64,000 bases of DNA, taken from the NCBI GenBank assembly GCA_051294375.1, contig JBJCIZ010000239.1, positions 1,320,581 through 1,384,580 on the forward strand, in the 5' to 3' direction. Below are positions 41,534 through 54,480 of this stretch, piece after piece. The notes beneath the pieces were generated by a model. The model was not told the DNA's origin and did no database searches. It saw nothing but the letters and a program-made list of their open reading frames with translations. This DNA is from Paraspadella gotoi (Eukaryota; Animalia; Chaetognatha). How positions within the stretch are numbered: the first letter of the stretch is position 1; every line of letters starts with the position of its first letter. A program made the position numbers and the translations under genes.

Positions 41534-44500
41534 ACTCATACACGCATTTGTTTGTTTTATTTACGATGAATGATTCATCGCGTCAATAAATGACTATCAT
41601 CATATCAATGAATGATTATCATCTCATTAATGAATGACTATCATTGCATCAATCATTTAGTTATCATCACATCAATCATTTGGTTATCATCGCATGAATT
41701 ATTGGTTATTGGTTATCATCGCATCAATTTTTTGTCTTTTTTTTTATTTCTTCCTCCTCCTTTCCTTCCATCTCAACTTCACAATTCACGACACATTGAC
41801 CTTTTTTTGTCTCTCTCTCTCTCTCTTTTTCTCTCTCTCTCTCTTTCTCTTTCTCTCTCACTCATAGTATGAGTCATACACGCATTTGTTTGTTTTATTG
41901 ATCGCGTCATCGCGTCAATGAATGACTATCATCGCATCAATCATTCATTTTTTTCTCCGGATTTTTTCATTAATTTTCTTTGAAAGTAACTTTGGCGAGA
42001 TCAATATACTTTTAAGATTTTTCCTACAAAAATCTGCAAAAGTTTTCATAAATCTTTTTTACTCATGCAGAGAGCGCCTTTGGACCCAGAGGAATGACCT
42101 CAATACCTTAAGAGAGACTGACTACGACCCCAAATGGAGAGAGAGAGAATTGAAGCGGCTCGTCGACGATGTCCGAGCGCGATTCGATCGCATTCAGAAC
42201 CCGCCGCGTTGCAAGGAGGCGAAGAAACTTATTTGCCAAATGGACGATCGTTAGTGACATTTAGATTTTAGATTATTGATATTTATTTTTATAAATTTTT
42301 TTAAAATTTTTGTTATAAAGATGGAAAATGCTGGATGAAGTCTGAGAATATAAATTGGAGAAGGAAAAGAGAGATATATGAATTTATAAAAATTTAAAAT
42401 TTAATTTTTTTTTTTAATTAAAAAAGAAAGAAAAAAATTGAAAACCTTTTCCTCGACTGTTTCTCATTTCAGCCCGAGCCGGCTTCGGCCATCATTTCCA
42501 CGACCTCATGGCGTGCTTCGTTCTGGCATTGGCCGCTAATCGAACCCTCGTCGTGGATTCCACCGGCTGGATCTACAACAAAGAGAAAGGGTGGGAGGGA
42601 GAGTTCCTTCCTTTGTCTCGCACGTGCAGAATCGCCAACGCCGCGCGAAAAGCTAAACCAGGTAACATTCATGGATTCTGTAGGCTTATGCATGAAATAT
42701 ATTAATTATTTATCTATTGAAGAGACAGTAATTATTGTTGTGTTAGTGACAGAACCGTTCAATATAAGCAGTCCCTGAGCTTCGGATCAGGCTGTAACAC
42801 CGTGTTACAGGCGGGTTAAGCGCCCCGTCCCTCTTAACAGCTCGGCGACCACCGGGCTAGGACCCCGGACGTTTGGGTTGGGAGGTGAATGACTTGCCTC
42901 TGGCACCAATGGCCGCTGATGAACGGTTGGTGGATTTTAGTCCACCATACTATCAATTAAAAAAAAATGTATAATTTCTAGGAGTGCCAGTGAAATACCA
43001 AGCGGGCTCCCCACTCAAACATCCAGAAACCCTAGAGTTGAAGTTATCGCGGCGGACGGGCCTTACCGGCGCTGCCAGAGCCTTCAACTCTTTCCCACTC
43101 AAAATCCCAGTTGATCTTCGCCCCCGCCTGGAACGCCTGACGCGACACCCTTCGGCCTGGTGGGTTGGTCAGATAGCCAACTATCTCTTCAAGCCCCGAC
43201 CACACATTCTTAAATGGGTCCAGGTAAGAATGTAAGCGAGCGAGCGAGCGAGCAAGCAAGCAAGCAAGCAAACAATCAACTCTTCCTTCTCTTCCACAGG
43301 AATCCAAACTCCGTTTGGGCTTCGTCCACCCGCTCGTCGCCGTCCACGTGCGTCGAACCAACAAAGTCTTCGACGGGACTAAGATGTTACCGCTGTCCGA
43401 CTACATTCAGCCGATCGCCGACTGGTTCGACAAGCGGGAGATGAGTCATCCTCGACCTGCGGGCGTCAAGCGCAGAGTTTTTCTGGCGACCGACGAGCCC
43501 GCTGTTATTAATGACACCAAAGCGTAAGGGCTAAAACTTTTATAATATGGTTCGATTTTGTTTAACACTATGATTCGTTTGTAAATTTGTAGAGACTTAA
43601 CAAAAATTATCCAATTGATCAATATGTAGGATAAAGTTGTATCAGGGTCCAGTAACCACATTTCCATTTGTTTAATTATTTTTACTTTGTATCAAAACCA
43701 CAATGGTGGACTAAAATCCGGAGGCAAGTCATTCGCCTCCCAACCCAAAGGTCCGGGGTTCTAGCCCCGTGGTTGACTAGCAGTTAAGAGGAATGGGGTG
43801 CTTAACCCGCCTGTAACACGGTGTTACAGCCTGATCTGAAGCTCGGGGACTGCTTATTAGGCCGGAACAGGTTAAAAACTAGAAGTTCTCTCAAATAAAT
43901 AATGGTTAAGAGACTGTTAGAGAATATGAAAATGAAAATAATTTGTGCAACAACCCAATGAACTAATTCAAAAAGTTGCATTGAAAATCGATTTAGTAAT
44001 AGAAGGAAAAAAAAAATTTTTAAGAGAACTAGAAGTTATAAAAAGTGTTCAATTTTGGCCCGCCCTACTGCTTATATCGAACGGTTTTGTCACCAATACA
44101 TAACAATAATTACTATCTCTTCATCACGTCTATCTCATTAATCTTATTTGTTAATAAATCAACAGTTATTCCTCTACATACGACTTTATTCTGGACAACA
44201 ACAACACAAACATCGCCAAGTTCTCCAGATACACGCCATCGTCGCTGAGCGGGGTCATACGGGACGTTTACTTCATGGCAGAGGCCGACTTCTTGGTCTG
44301 CACCGGCTCTTCAAATGTACCAAAACTACTTGTTTTTATTTATATATTTTTTTATTGACAACAGTTAATGTTTAAATTATAAAAAAATATCGTAGGAACA
44401 CGTAAGAGCTTCGCATTTTTTTAGCTATTTTTTTATCTATTTTTTTATTATTATTATTATTATTAATACCAAAAACAGTATTGACAAAATCAGAGTAACA

Positions 44501-46039
44501 CAGTAACGCTTTTCCTTTCCGATATTGCGGAGCAAGACTTTTGGACACTTGGGTTTCGTTTGGTCGGTCGGTATGTCTGTCCGTCTGTTTGTCCCACTTA
44601 CGTTAATAATGCTCATAACTCTGGGAAATAATTCCTCAATTAAGTTGATATTGTAGTGACGTAATATCACTACCTGTTGGATACCTGTGCACACTAAGTG
44701 TGGGGGCTGTCCGCTCTCACATAGAGGCATCGTGACCCTCTCTCCTCTCGGTCACTTCACTGGTGAACCTGACGTGTATGAAAGTGAAGAACCAGGAAAC
44801 CTTGAACGGGCATCTTGCTTTTTTACTCGGTTTTTCAATATAAAGCATTGTCATGCAAAATAAGTTCGAAAGCGAGGCTTGAAGAAAACAAATGATCTCA
44901 TCCAACTTTTTTTTTTCTAGCTGTGTCGCTTAGCCTACGAACTGATGCAATCGTTTCGCCCCGACGCCGCGGATCGCATCGTCTCTCTGGATCAAGAGTA
45001 TATCTTCAACTATCAGAAGGGCAGAGTGCTTCGAGCCGTCAGACCCCACGTGGCGAAAAAAGGACAGATCGATCTTAAAGTGAGAGAACAACGTTAAAAA
45101 ATGGGCACGCTTTTCGAAAAGCGCCCCATTTCCGTTCATAATTAATTAATTGTAATATTAATATTTGACCTTAATCTTATAACTTTAATCACTTTACTTA
45201 TTTCCTAACCTTAACGGCTAACCAATAATCCTTTACCAAATATATAAACAAATCACTAGACTAACCAATATCCTTAATATTAAACTAATCTTTAAACTTA
45301 AATACTTTTTTTTGGATTTAAGCTGAAATAGTACACTTCTGAAAAATATGGTCTAAAAAATGCTAACAATATTTTATTTGNNNNNNNNNNAGGACAGATC
45401 GATCTTCAAGTGAGAGAACAACGTTAACGAAAAGCGCCCCATTTCCGTTCCTAATCGCTGTAATTAATTGTAATGTTAATATTTGACCTTAATCTTATAA
45501 CTTTAATCACTTTACTTAATTCCTAACCTAAACCCCTAACCTTAACGGCTAACCAATAATCCTTTACCAAATATTAAAACAAATCACTAGACTAACCAAT
45601 ATCCTTAATATTAAACTAATCTTTAAACTTAAATACTTTTTTTTTGGATTTAAGCTGAAATGGTACACTTCTGAAAAATATGGTAAAAAAAAATGCTAAC
45701 GATATTTTATTTGCTAATTTTTAATAAATAAAAAAAAAATTAGATGATTGAATAATTCGTTTAACGAACGAATCATCGAATAAATAATAAATTAATGAGT
45801 AAACGTATATATATGTACACGAATGAATAAACAAACTCTTGGCCCTCTTCGCTTAATAACATCCCCTCCCCTTAAAGGTGGGGGACCTCATCGACATCGG
45901 CGTCCACGGAGTCAGCTCCGAATATCGACGAGGGGGCTTCGTCCAAGGCACGAACCTGAGAACCAAAAAGCGCGGGAAGTTTCCGTCGTACAAAGTGGAG
46001 GAGATCGTCCACTGGGTTCCGTTTCCCGTTTTTGGCTAA
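39254..46039 (+). CDS. FUT8: Alpha-1,6-fucosyltransferase (FUT8/GT23)-like type II membrane protein, 563 aa, divergent
   Basis: Eight phase-consistent exons: 39254-39639, 42071-42249, 42473-42661, 42982-43223, 43300-43523, 44166-44316, 44921-45079, 45878-46039 (1692 nt). N-terminal TM segment, coiled coil, QNPPRCKEAKKLIC, PSAWWVGQ, VHVRRTNK, RVFLATDEP, ADFLVCTGSSNLCRLAYELMQ, and a C-terminal SH3 (VGDLI...GKFPSYKV). Collinear with FUT8, but may be a paralog rather than the ortholog. Confidence 0.95.
40226..40350. repeat. ~28-bp tandem repeat (GCAGCAACAGTAGCAGCAGAGCCGAAAC)n in FUT8-like intron 1
   Basis: Four to five imperfect units. Confidence 0.8.
42718..42950 (-). mobile_element. Twister-like repeat copy 2 (FUT8-like intron 3); motif at 42768-42841
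   Basis: Nearly identical to 21855-22090. Core intact, one mismatch in P5, P3 extended. Confidence 0.85.
43703..44123 (+). mobile_element. Twister-like repeat copy 3 (FUT8-like intron 5), degenerate and split by a MITE; motif at 43780-43853
   Basis: Reverse complement of copies 1 and 2, with a ~27-nt internal deletion, a GA>AA change in the core, and an interruption at 43858-44067. Confidence 0.8.
43858..44067. mobile_element. hAT-type MITE, 210 bp
   Basis: 8-bp target duplication CTGCTTAT (43850-43857 and 44068-44075); imperfect termini TAGGCCGG.../...CCCGCCCTA. The empty site is seen in the other two copies of the host repeat. Confidence 0.75.
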
Positions 46040-46962
46040 ATTGATTTGGTTTTATATTAGTATCTATTTACAAATACGTGTAGTAGGAGTCGTAGTTGGG
46101 GTCATTGCATAATGCATAAGCGTAATCCATAAGCGTTACCCAATGGCTCGTTGTGTATAGGGGTCCCGTTAAACCGTTAATTTTCGAGGATAATTAGGCT
46201 TAATCGTAAAAACTAACATTTTTTTAAAGGTTTAACCGTTAAAATCGGTTAATTTTATAATTTAACTTTTTAAATTTAAAATATTAATATTGGGTTAATC
46301 CTTTTCTTTTTCGTTGTTATTTAGTATTTAGAAAAAAAGCAAAGTGTTTTAGAATTTATACAACGATTTTATTTTTAATGTAAAAAATATATTCCCATTC
46401 CCTTTATTTTCTTATGTTTGGTTTAAAGGGACAGGATTACATACATTCTACATCTACTGTTTTTGGCTTTTTCCCGTTTTTGGCTCATTGATTTGGTTTT
46501 ATAAAGTATCTATTTACAAATACGTGTAGTGGGAGTAGTAGTCGGGGTCATTGCATAATGCATAAGCATAATGCATAACCGTTAATTTTTGAGGATAATT
46601 AGGCTTAATCGTTAAAACTAACATTTTTTAAAGGTTTTAACCTAAGTTGTNNNNNNNNNNGTCAATCCTTTTCTTTTTCGTTGTTATTTAGTATTTAGAG
46701 AAAAGCAAAGTGTTTCAGAATTTATACAACGATTTTATTTTTAATGTAAAAAATATATTTTCGTTTTCTTTTTATAACGTGGTTGAAATAATACGAATTA
46801 AGTAACGTAATGATAGACTTATTTAATCAAATGTAAAGGAAGCTAATCTGATTATATTTCGCTATGATTAGTTCAAAATCTAAATAATATCGAATTCTCT
46901 TTAATTTCTTCTAAGCAAAGTCATTTTGTAATTACCCTTCCGGCTCTCTGTCTCTCTCTCTG

Positions 46963-47016
<54 letters not shown>

Positions 47017-47215
47017 CTCATGGAGTAAAAGAAAAGTAAAGAAAAACAGTTAAAATATGCCAGTCGTTCAGCGCCACTAATTAGTTGAGGCAAAATTGCT
47101 TTTTCCTCTTATTTCCCTTCTTTTCTTTTTCCTTTCCTTCATAATTTTCGTTGGTAAGTTACGGTAATGTTTCGAAACATTTTTTTTCTTTCAGTATCGT
47201 TTAAAACTCTGTCCA

Positions 47216-47292
<77 letters not shown>

Positions 47293-47774
47293 TACATCCA
47301 ATCTTCTCCCAAAGTATAAATGGACATGAATAATTTCTTGAAGGTAAGAACATTATTTGATGAACCTTTTTTTTTGAAATATTTTCCCCGAGTCTCACCA
47401 AAGGTAAAGATACCAGGGGAACTGTGAATAAACATCGTTTAGGCTTTTGTGAATTTTTAAAAAGGAACGAGTCAATAATGAATGATGCCGAAAACGGGGC
47501 CCATATGCTGAATAGTGAAGAAACGATCGTGAAATGGGTTGAGCTCGGCGATCGTGAAAAGAGAAACTACGATTCTGGTACCGTGATACAAGCGAGTACG
47601 ATTGTCAACTTTATATTTATATTTATAACTTTATATTTATCGATATCCAGTTTCAAAGGTTAACTTGATACAATTAACGATCAGGTTTAAAAGTTTGGTT
47701 GATACGGATAGATATTCTGTAAACAAAGAGGTTATAATACGAGTTATCTTAGCGGCTTAATATAGTTTGCTCTC

Positions 47775-47888
<114 letters not shown>

Positions 47889-49148
47889 ATTTCCTCACGC
47901 AGAGAAAAATCTCAGCGCCGGCAGATATTCTCGCACGTTTTGAAAAAAAAGGAAAGAAAAAGAAAAAACAGCGATAACAAATAGAGAGAAGAAAGAAAAA
48001 TACAAATATAAGATTTTTTTTTTTTAAATGAGAATAATAAAAATGACCAAAATCCCTCGGACGAAATCAATGACGTTATTTATTCGATCTAATAATATTT
48101 TTTTTATTCTTTATTTTTTTTTAAAAAAGAAAAAGACGTCGAGCTTCAATGACTTTTTCCACAATGATTTTGGTGAGATTGATCTCCTGTGATGATATTA
48201 AGTGAAAGATGTGAAAGACTTCTTGTTGACATCTTGTTAACATTTTTAAGGTATTGAAACGGTTGACGTTGGTTAAGTTTAATTAATACCGAGTATTATT
48301 ACAGCATCTTGTCATTATGAATCATTTAACGTTTGTTTTTTTTAAATTAATAGTTAGTAGAAAGTTGAGAGTGGTCTCAAATTAAAGCTCTTGTCGCGTA
48401 GATAATGTTTGATGTATAACAATATAATTTTATGTGAAATTTGTAAAAATTAAGTTCTTGGTTCAGAGGTAAGTTTCAAAAAAAATTATAAAAACTTTTT
48501 TTAAAAAACCTGCCTTTACCGGAATTTGCTAACCTATCACAGGGAGTGCCTAATAGGTGTACTTTAAAATTTTGCAGGTCTCCAAGATGACACCTTTTTT
48601 TTTTATATCATCTCTGCCCTACCGTGCTTTCTGTTTGGCGTAAAGACTTATTATAAATGGAAATAAAAATTCAATTGACGTAAAGACCAATAAAATGACT
48701 GATTTCGGCTCATTTAGTTTGTAAACAATCTTTATATTTATTATTCTGTGATAAAATATGTTTCTTCTTTGGACCGAGATAATTTCAGGAGGAGAGCACG
48801 GTTGTGTGGGAAGTTAAATGAATAAATTAACGCACAATTATGCGAACAATTTTGTTTATTTTAAGTGAAACCTCTTCACTTAATTTCCGAATTTAATCTC
48901 TTCGTTGGGACTTTCATTCAAACAAAGAATATTTCCCCTGGTGAGGAAGACTGACGGCTGGCTTCTTTATATACTATCAAGTTTAAAACTTAAAACTCTG
49001 GCCTATTTATAGTTGTCGGTATAGTACAAAACAATATCTGAACTTAAAACAAAGTTTAACGATGACGATAAACGGCAACATGTAAAGGGTATTGAGTTTT
49101 GTTCTTGTTCAGTGGTGAAGCTGTTATATAAAAGCGAGAGAGAGAGAG

Positions 49149-49199
<51 letters not shown>

Positions 49200-49278
49200 T
49201 AAGCTTGATGAAATATTTCACGGAGACAAATCAACTTCACCATGAAGGCGTCAATATCAGAAATGAGACATTCAAGGT

Positions 49279-49324
<46 letters not shown>

Positions 49325-49421
49325 GAGGAAAGGAATCAGACTGGAATCTCCTTCGATTCGCTTTGATGCTCTCATAATCAGTTCCGGTACCAACTGAGCG
49401 TCGTCGTTACCGTTGTCGTCA

Positions 49422-49455
<34 letters not shown>

Positions 49456-50761
49456 AACCATCGTCGTCACCATCGTCGTCGTCGTCATCGTTGTCGTCAT
49501 CGTCGTCGTAGTCTCTCCCTCGTCCAACTGAGTTGCCAGTTTTAGTTTCCTTTTACAGGCTATCTGTATTCTCTCTCTCTCTCTCTCTCCCTCTCTCTCT
49601 CTCTCTATGTCACGTGATGTCGTCTGCATCGCGCCTTCGCTTTCGTCTTATGAATCCATGAAGAGGATTAGAATTCCGCATTCGACTTCACCAGAAAAAC
49701 AAGGACGACAACAACAAAAACATTGACAACAACTAAAACAACAACAATACCAACCTCAAAAACAGAGGGCCGTAAAAAAAAACTTTTTTTTTTCAAAATG
49801 AATTCGTCTTCGTATTTTTCGGGTTTTAGTACCAGGCCGATCTCATTTCATGCCATGTCCGGCAAGTCTAATCTTATTATGTTTAAAACTTTAAATCCAC
49901 TCAAAGATCTCATTTCAATTATGTCCTTGATTGCTCAACACTAAGTAGGGCCAATCTTTGTCAATGGGGTGGGTCAGAAGTTTGATTTGGGAACCTTCCC
50001 AACTGAAACTTCATACATTTCTGAGAAAACTTCCAATGGACCAAAATTTTATAAAATGGCTAGAAGCACTAGTTTATTATTTTTTTAATATTTATATGCC
50101 CATGTTATATATTTATATATTTATCTTCATATCTTCATTGCCTTAGTTGTTTTAATGTTGTTGATAATAGTCGGCTCTTGAAACCAAACCCCCAATAAAA
50201 AGCTTCTTCCTTAATCTAATTTACATTAAATTTTTATTAAATCAATATTTTCCAGTAATCCCTTTCCACTTACCCCTTTCATTCGTCCATCTCCCCCTTT
50301 CCAGTAACTCATTTCCACGAACCCCTTTCCCTCTTTTCCACTTCCCCCACTCAAGCGCCCCGCAACTCCCCACCGGGCGACGTCGACAGGCCATTTTAAT
50401 GAAAACTCTTCTTTGTTTACCCGTTTTGTCGCCAGGCGCTAACAGGCGATAGCCGAGCCGTCCCCCCTCCCCCCTTCACTGTACCGTCTTTATTGCTGTT
50501 TATCAGCTCGTGAAGCTTTGTTTGAAAAGCGAGCGATCGGAAGTTTATACAGAACGGGGATGATAAATGTTATGAACTGTTTAATATTATGAATTGAGCC
50601 CCTAAGTTAAATTTAGACTATTTTTTTTTTCTTGATCTTTTCGCTTCTTACGTAAATACTCTTTGGATCTCTCTGTATCTCTCTCTCTCTCTCTCTGTTT
50701 CTCTGTTTCTCTCTCTCTATCTATCTTTTCCTATCTTTCTCTCCATCTATCCGGCTATCTA

Positions 50762-50823
<62 letters not shown>

Positions 50824-50964
50824 TCTTTTGCAATCTGGTCGTCAAAACAATAACAACCACTTACATTTACCGTCGCGCGTAACAGATAATCAGTTTATGT
50901 TGGTGAGACCTGAAGGAGGTAAGATGAACTAGAAACTTGATCGTGAAATGGAGAGAGAGAGAGA

Positions 50965-51005
<41 letters not shown>

Positions 51006-51969
51006 GTTTGTTTGGCCCCAGGAAGCCGGTTTATAGATAGAGAAGCAGAATCCATGACCAAAACAAAGTTGTGTCCGCAGTTGAAAAACTGTGGAAAGAA
51101 GTTGTCAGATAAAACATTATATATTATTATCAAGCCATGACCGGCAAAGCCGGTTCAGGCTTGAATTCATTCGGGTGAGCTTCTTTGTGACGTAGTCGTC
51201 GTCGTCGTCGTCGTCCGTCACGCTGTTTTTCCATATAAAAACTACTACGCTTTTATAGGTTTGGCTGTGACTTACCGTTTTTTTTAAAATAAAAAATTAT
51301 TATGAATTATGATAAAGTTTTACAAAAGTGTGCATTCATAGTAAGGTAAAAATTTAGATATGGCTTCTCATCTTGAAATAGCTTTGATATTTTCTTATTA
51401 CATTTGGATTTAAGTATTTTTGTTTGAATTTCCACTTCATTATGATTTACTGCAATATGCAAATGACATTATAGTACTCATTATCATATCCAAATTAGTA
51501 TATAGAAATGCTTTAATCTAATTTACATATTGCAGTATATAATATTGAAGAATGAAATTCAAAAATTTTTTTTAAATCTCTAATAAAAATGGGAACTCAA
51601 AATAACTTTTTAATGAGAAGCTATATCTTAATTTTAATACAAATAAATAATAAAATCTTTTACAAGCTGCGATTGGAAAAAATTGGAAAAATTTCCAATT
51701 GTAAACCATTGTAACATTTTTGCCTTTCTTTTATTTATTTTATTTTCTGTTATATCTTTTATTCAGAAAAACGAGTTTCTGCACTGACTGTACAGCGGCC
51801 TTCAAGCAGCTGTCCAGCTTTGTCTCTCTTTCTCTCTATTTCTCTCTCTCTCTTTCTTTCTCTTTCTGTCTCTTTCTCTCTTTTCGATCTCTTGCGTGAT
51901 CGTTCTTTTTTTTGAAAAATTATGATTATGTTTTTCTTTCTTTATGTATATACTCTCTTTTCGTTTTTT

Positions 51970-52330
51970 TTGAGGTATTAGGAAAAACAGTTTTGTTTGA
52001 CAACGATTTATTTGACACAATTTTAGTCAGACATGTTTCGGCTCTTTCATTTAGAGCCTTCATCAGTGTTTGACAATCAATATTTGTCTCTGTTGAAATA
52101 AGTTTTTGAGAGAGAGAAAGAGGAGAGAGAGAGAGAGAGAAAATTGAGGGAGAATTTCCAACAAAGAATAAGGTAAGGGACAGTGGTCAGATGTGAGGAC
52201 AGCTGAAGTGAGGAGAGGGAAGAAGTAAGTCTTTGAAAAATGAAATGAGAGTGGGAGAGAGAGAGAGCAAAGCAAAAACTTACTTCAACAGAGACAAAAT
52301 ATTGATTGTCAAACACTGATGAAACATGTT
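51970..52330 (-). mobile_element. Short Penelope-like element with hammerhead and inverted partial end
   Basis: Homologous to 7600-7850. 52275-52322 is an inverted copy of 52059-52106. It appears nested in another repeat (flanks resemble 53200-53380). Confidence 0.6.
52026..52074 (-). ncRNA. Minimal type I hammerhead ribozyme
   Basis: Minus strand: CA-CTGATGA-A-GGCTCT(AAATGAA)AGAGCC-GAAA-CAT-GTC^TG. Palindromic ACATGT stem III, typical of dimer-cleaving Penelope hammerheads. Stem I is short. Confidence 0.75.
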
Positions 52331-53456
52331 TTTCTTTCTAAAAACTTTTATTCGGGGCTTTTTTCTCAATACAAAATCCCAAATTTACATCCAGGATTTT
52401 CGTGGATACATTTTTAAAAAAGTGAAGAATAACTTATATTGACATGCATTGTCACATATAAATAAGCTAATGTGACTTATTATATATGCAGCACTTTCGG
52501 GGAACAATATGCATTACATTTAAAAAAAATAAATTTGTATTTATTTATTATTGTAACTTTGAACCGGTTGGCCCACTATTGGCAAATTATATCTAAAATA
52601 GGAGTTGATAAGAGAGATATAGTCAAATTAAACATTACTTTTTTTGTTATTCTGATAATTTATACTATTATTAAATTTATAAATATTTTTAGTGTATATA
52701 TTTAATCATTTTTATCTTTTTTTAAATAATAATTATTTGAGTTGTGATAACTATTTATAAATTAATTAAATATGCAAATATAAAATTTGACCTCGGTCTG
52801 GTTTCTTCCTAAAAAAAGAACAATCAAAAATTTCATTCAAGATTAAAATTTTTTAAAATGAGGAAATAAAATTTTTTTGATAAGTAAAAAAAATATTTGG
52901 AAGTCAAAAATATCATAGTCGTTAACTGAGTATTTTCAACTATATATTTTGTTAATAGGGATTATAATTTTTGGATCATTATTATTGAAAAGAGTTTAGT
53001 TTTTTTTCTTCTGAATAGGGGTAGCCCCTCTCAATGGGGTGAAATCAAAAATTTAGTATGGGAACATGCTCAAACAAAAATTTATGCATTTTTAAGTTTA
53101 CTTTCAATGTACAAAACATTTCTTATATGGCTCTATACCCAAATATTTATTTTGTAATATTTTTTATAGAAAGGAAAAGAGTTCGTCCCTACTCATATTC
53201 GTCGGAAAATGAGTTCAGCTCTGCAGCGGCGGTCCAGCGGCGGTCCAGCCGTCCAGCTTCTCTCTCTCTCTCTCTCTCTCTTTTTTTTCCTTCTAAAAAC
53301 TTTTATTATCGCCATTTATTCCGCGCTTTTTTCTCAATACAAAATCCCAAATTTACATCCGAGATTTTCATGGATTTTTCCCTAAAAATTCTGATTATTC
53401 TTTATATAAACGAGAGAGACCTAATAATGCGTTTCGTTGGCGGGAAAACTGTCCAG

Positions 53457-53489
<33 letters not shown>

Positions 53490-53504
<15 letters not shown>

Positions 53505-53600
53505 ACTCATACACGCATTTGTTTGTTTTATTTACGATGAATGATTCATCGCGTCAATGAATGACTATCATCGCATCAATGAATGACTATCATCATGGCT
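53490..53600 (+). repeat. Dispersed repeat CACTCATACACGCATTTGTTTG...(AATGACTATCATCGCATC)n, also at ~41530-41720 and ~41870-41945
   Basis: Direct sequence identity among three loci. Confidence 0.75.
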
Positions 53601-53804
53601 TGATCCTTATGCTTTTAAGATTTTATATTATAGTTTATTATACATACACGTAACAATACTAATGATTATCCAGAAGATTGCTATAAGAGAAAAGTTACAC
53701 ATTCGTACAACAATTACAATAACGATATCTTCATTCGTGAACATTATATACAACTAAATAGAAATTCTCTTTTTTTCTTCTCGTTATTACGTTTTGTTCT
53801 TTTA

Positions 53805-53820
53805 TCATTATTATTATTAA

Positions 53821-53907
<87 letters not shown>
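53805..53907. repeat. (TTA)n microsatellite
   Basis: Direct reading. Confidence 0.95.
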
Positions 53908-54174
53908 GATATTAGTTTTTCCCCTTTTTATCATTTCATTCTCTTTCATTTTCTTAATCCTATTTCTCATTCTGCTTCATCTTCTTCATTTCCGGAGAAT
54001 CTCTGCTGCTCTCGCCCTGGAATCGATAATTGAGTTGAGAGGAAAAAGAGGGAAGGGAAGGAGAGATATTACTCTCCCCTTGAGTATGAAATGGGTTTAT
54101 ATTAATCGAGAATATTAATAGAGAATTGAAAATAAATTAGGAAAAGGAGAGTAGTAAGAAAACAAGATCGGTTC

Positions 54175-54480
54175 ATCCAATGTGTTGCGCCGCAGTGACT
54201 TTATTTTCACGTGTACTTCCCTGTGATCACATTACATGTCATGACATGACTACATAACTAAAATAACTTTACGACACGCACTGCATCGGAATTCGTATTT
54301 TATTCTTTATAGTTTTAGGATTTCCTGAAGGCGTCGCTAGCAGTCACTTAGATTTGAGGATTTTTCCTGTCTTAATAAATGAGCAACCAAGTAAAGGCTA
54401 ATTATGAGCATTTTTTAACGTAAGTTGAAAAGACTGACATAGCGACAGACCGAGCGACAGACCGACCGAAAAGTGACTTA
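54175..54480 (-). mobile_element. Helentron/DINE-like repeat copy
   Basis: Reverse complement of the 24050-24325 body (TCCAATGTGTTGCGCCGCAGTGAC...). Confidence 0.55.

Noticed and set aside
45061-46760. Duplicated FUT8-like exon-7 end (45391) and duplicated 3' UTR blocks (46470-46760)
   Set aside because: The copies abut 10-N scaffold gaps and differ like alleles; most likely uncollapsed haplotypes
49390-49531. Poly-Asp/Thr frame flanked by a CCAACTGAG direct repeat; similar poly-D ORF at 55208-55537
   Set aside because: (GAC)n-type repeats are common non-coding microsatellites in this window, and there is no convincing splice or domain support
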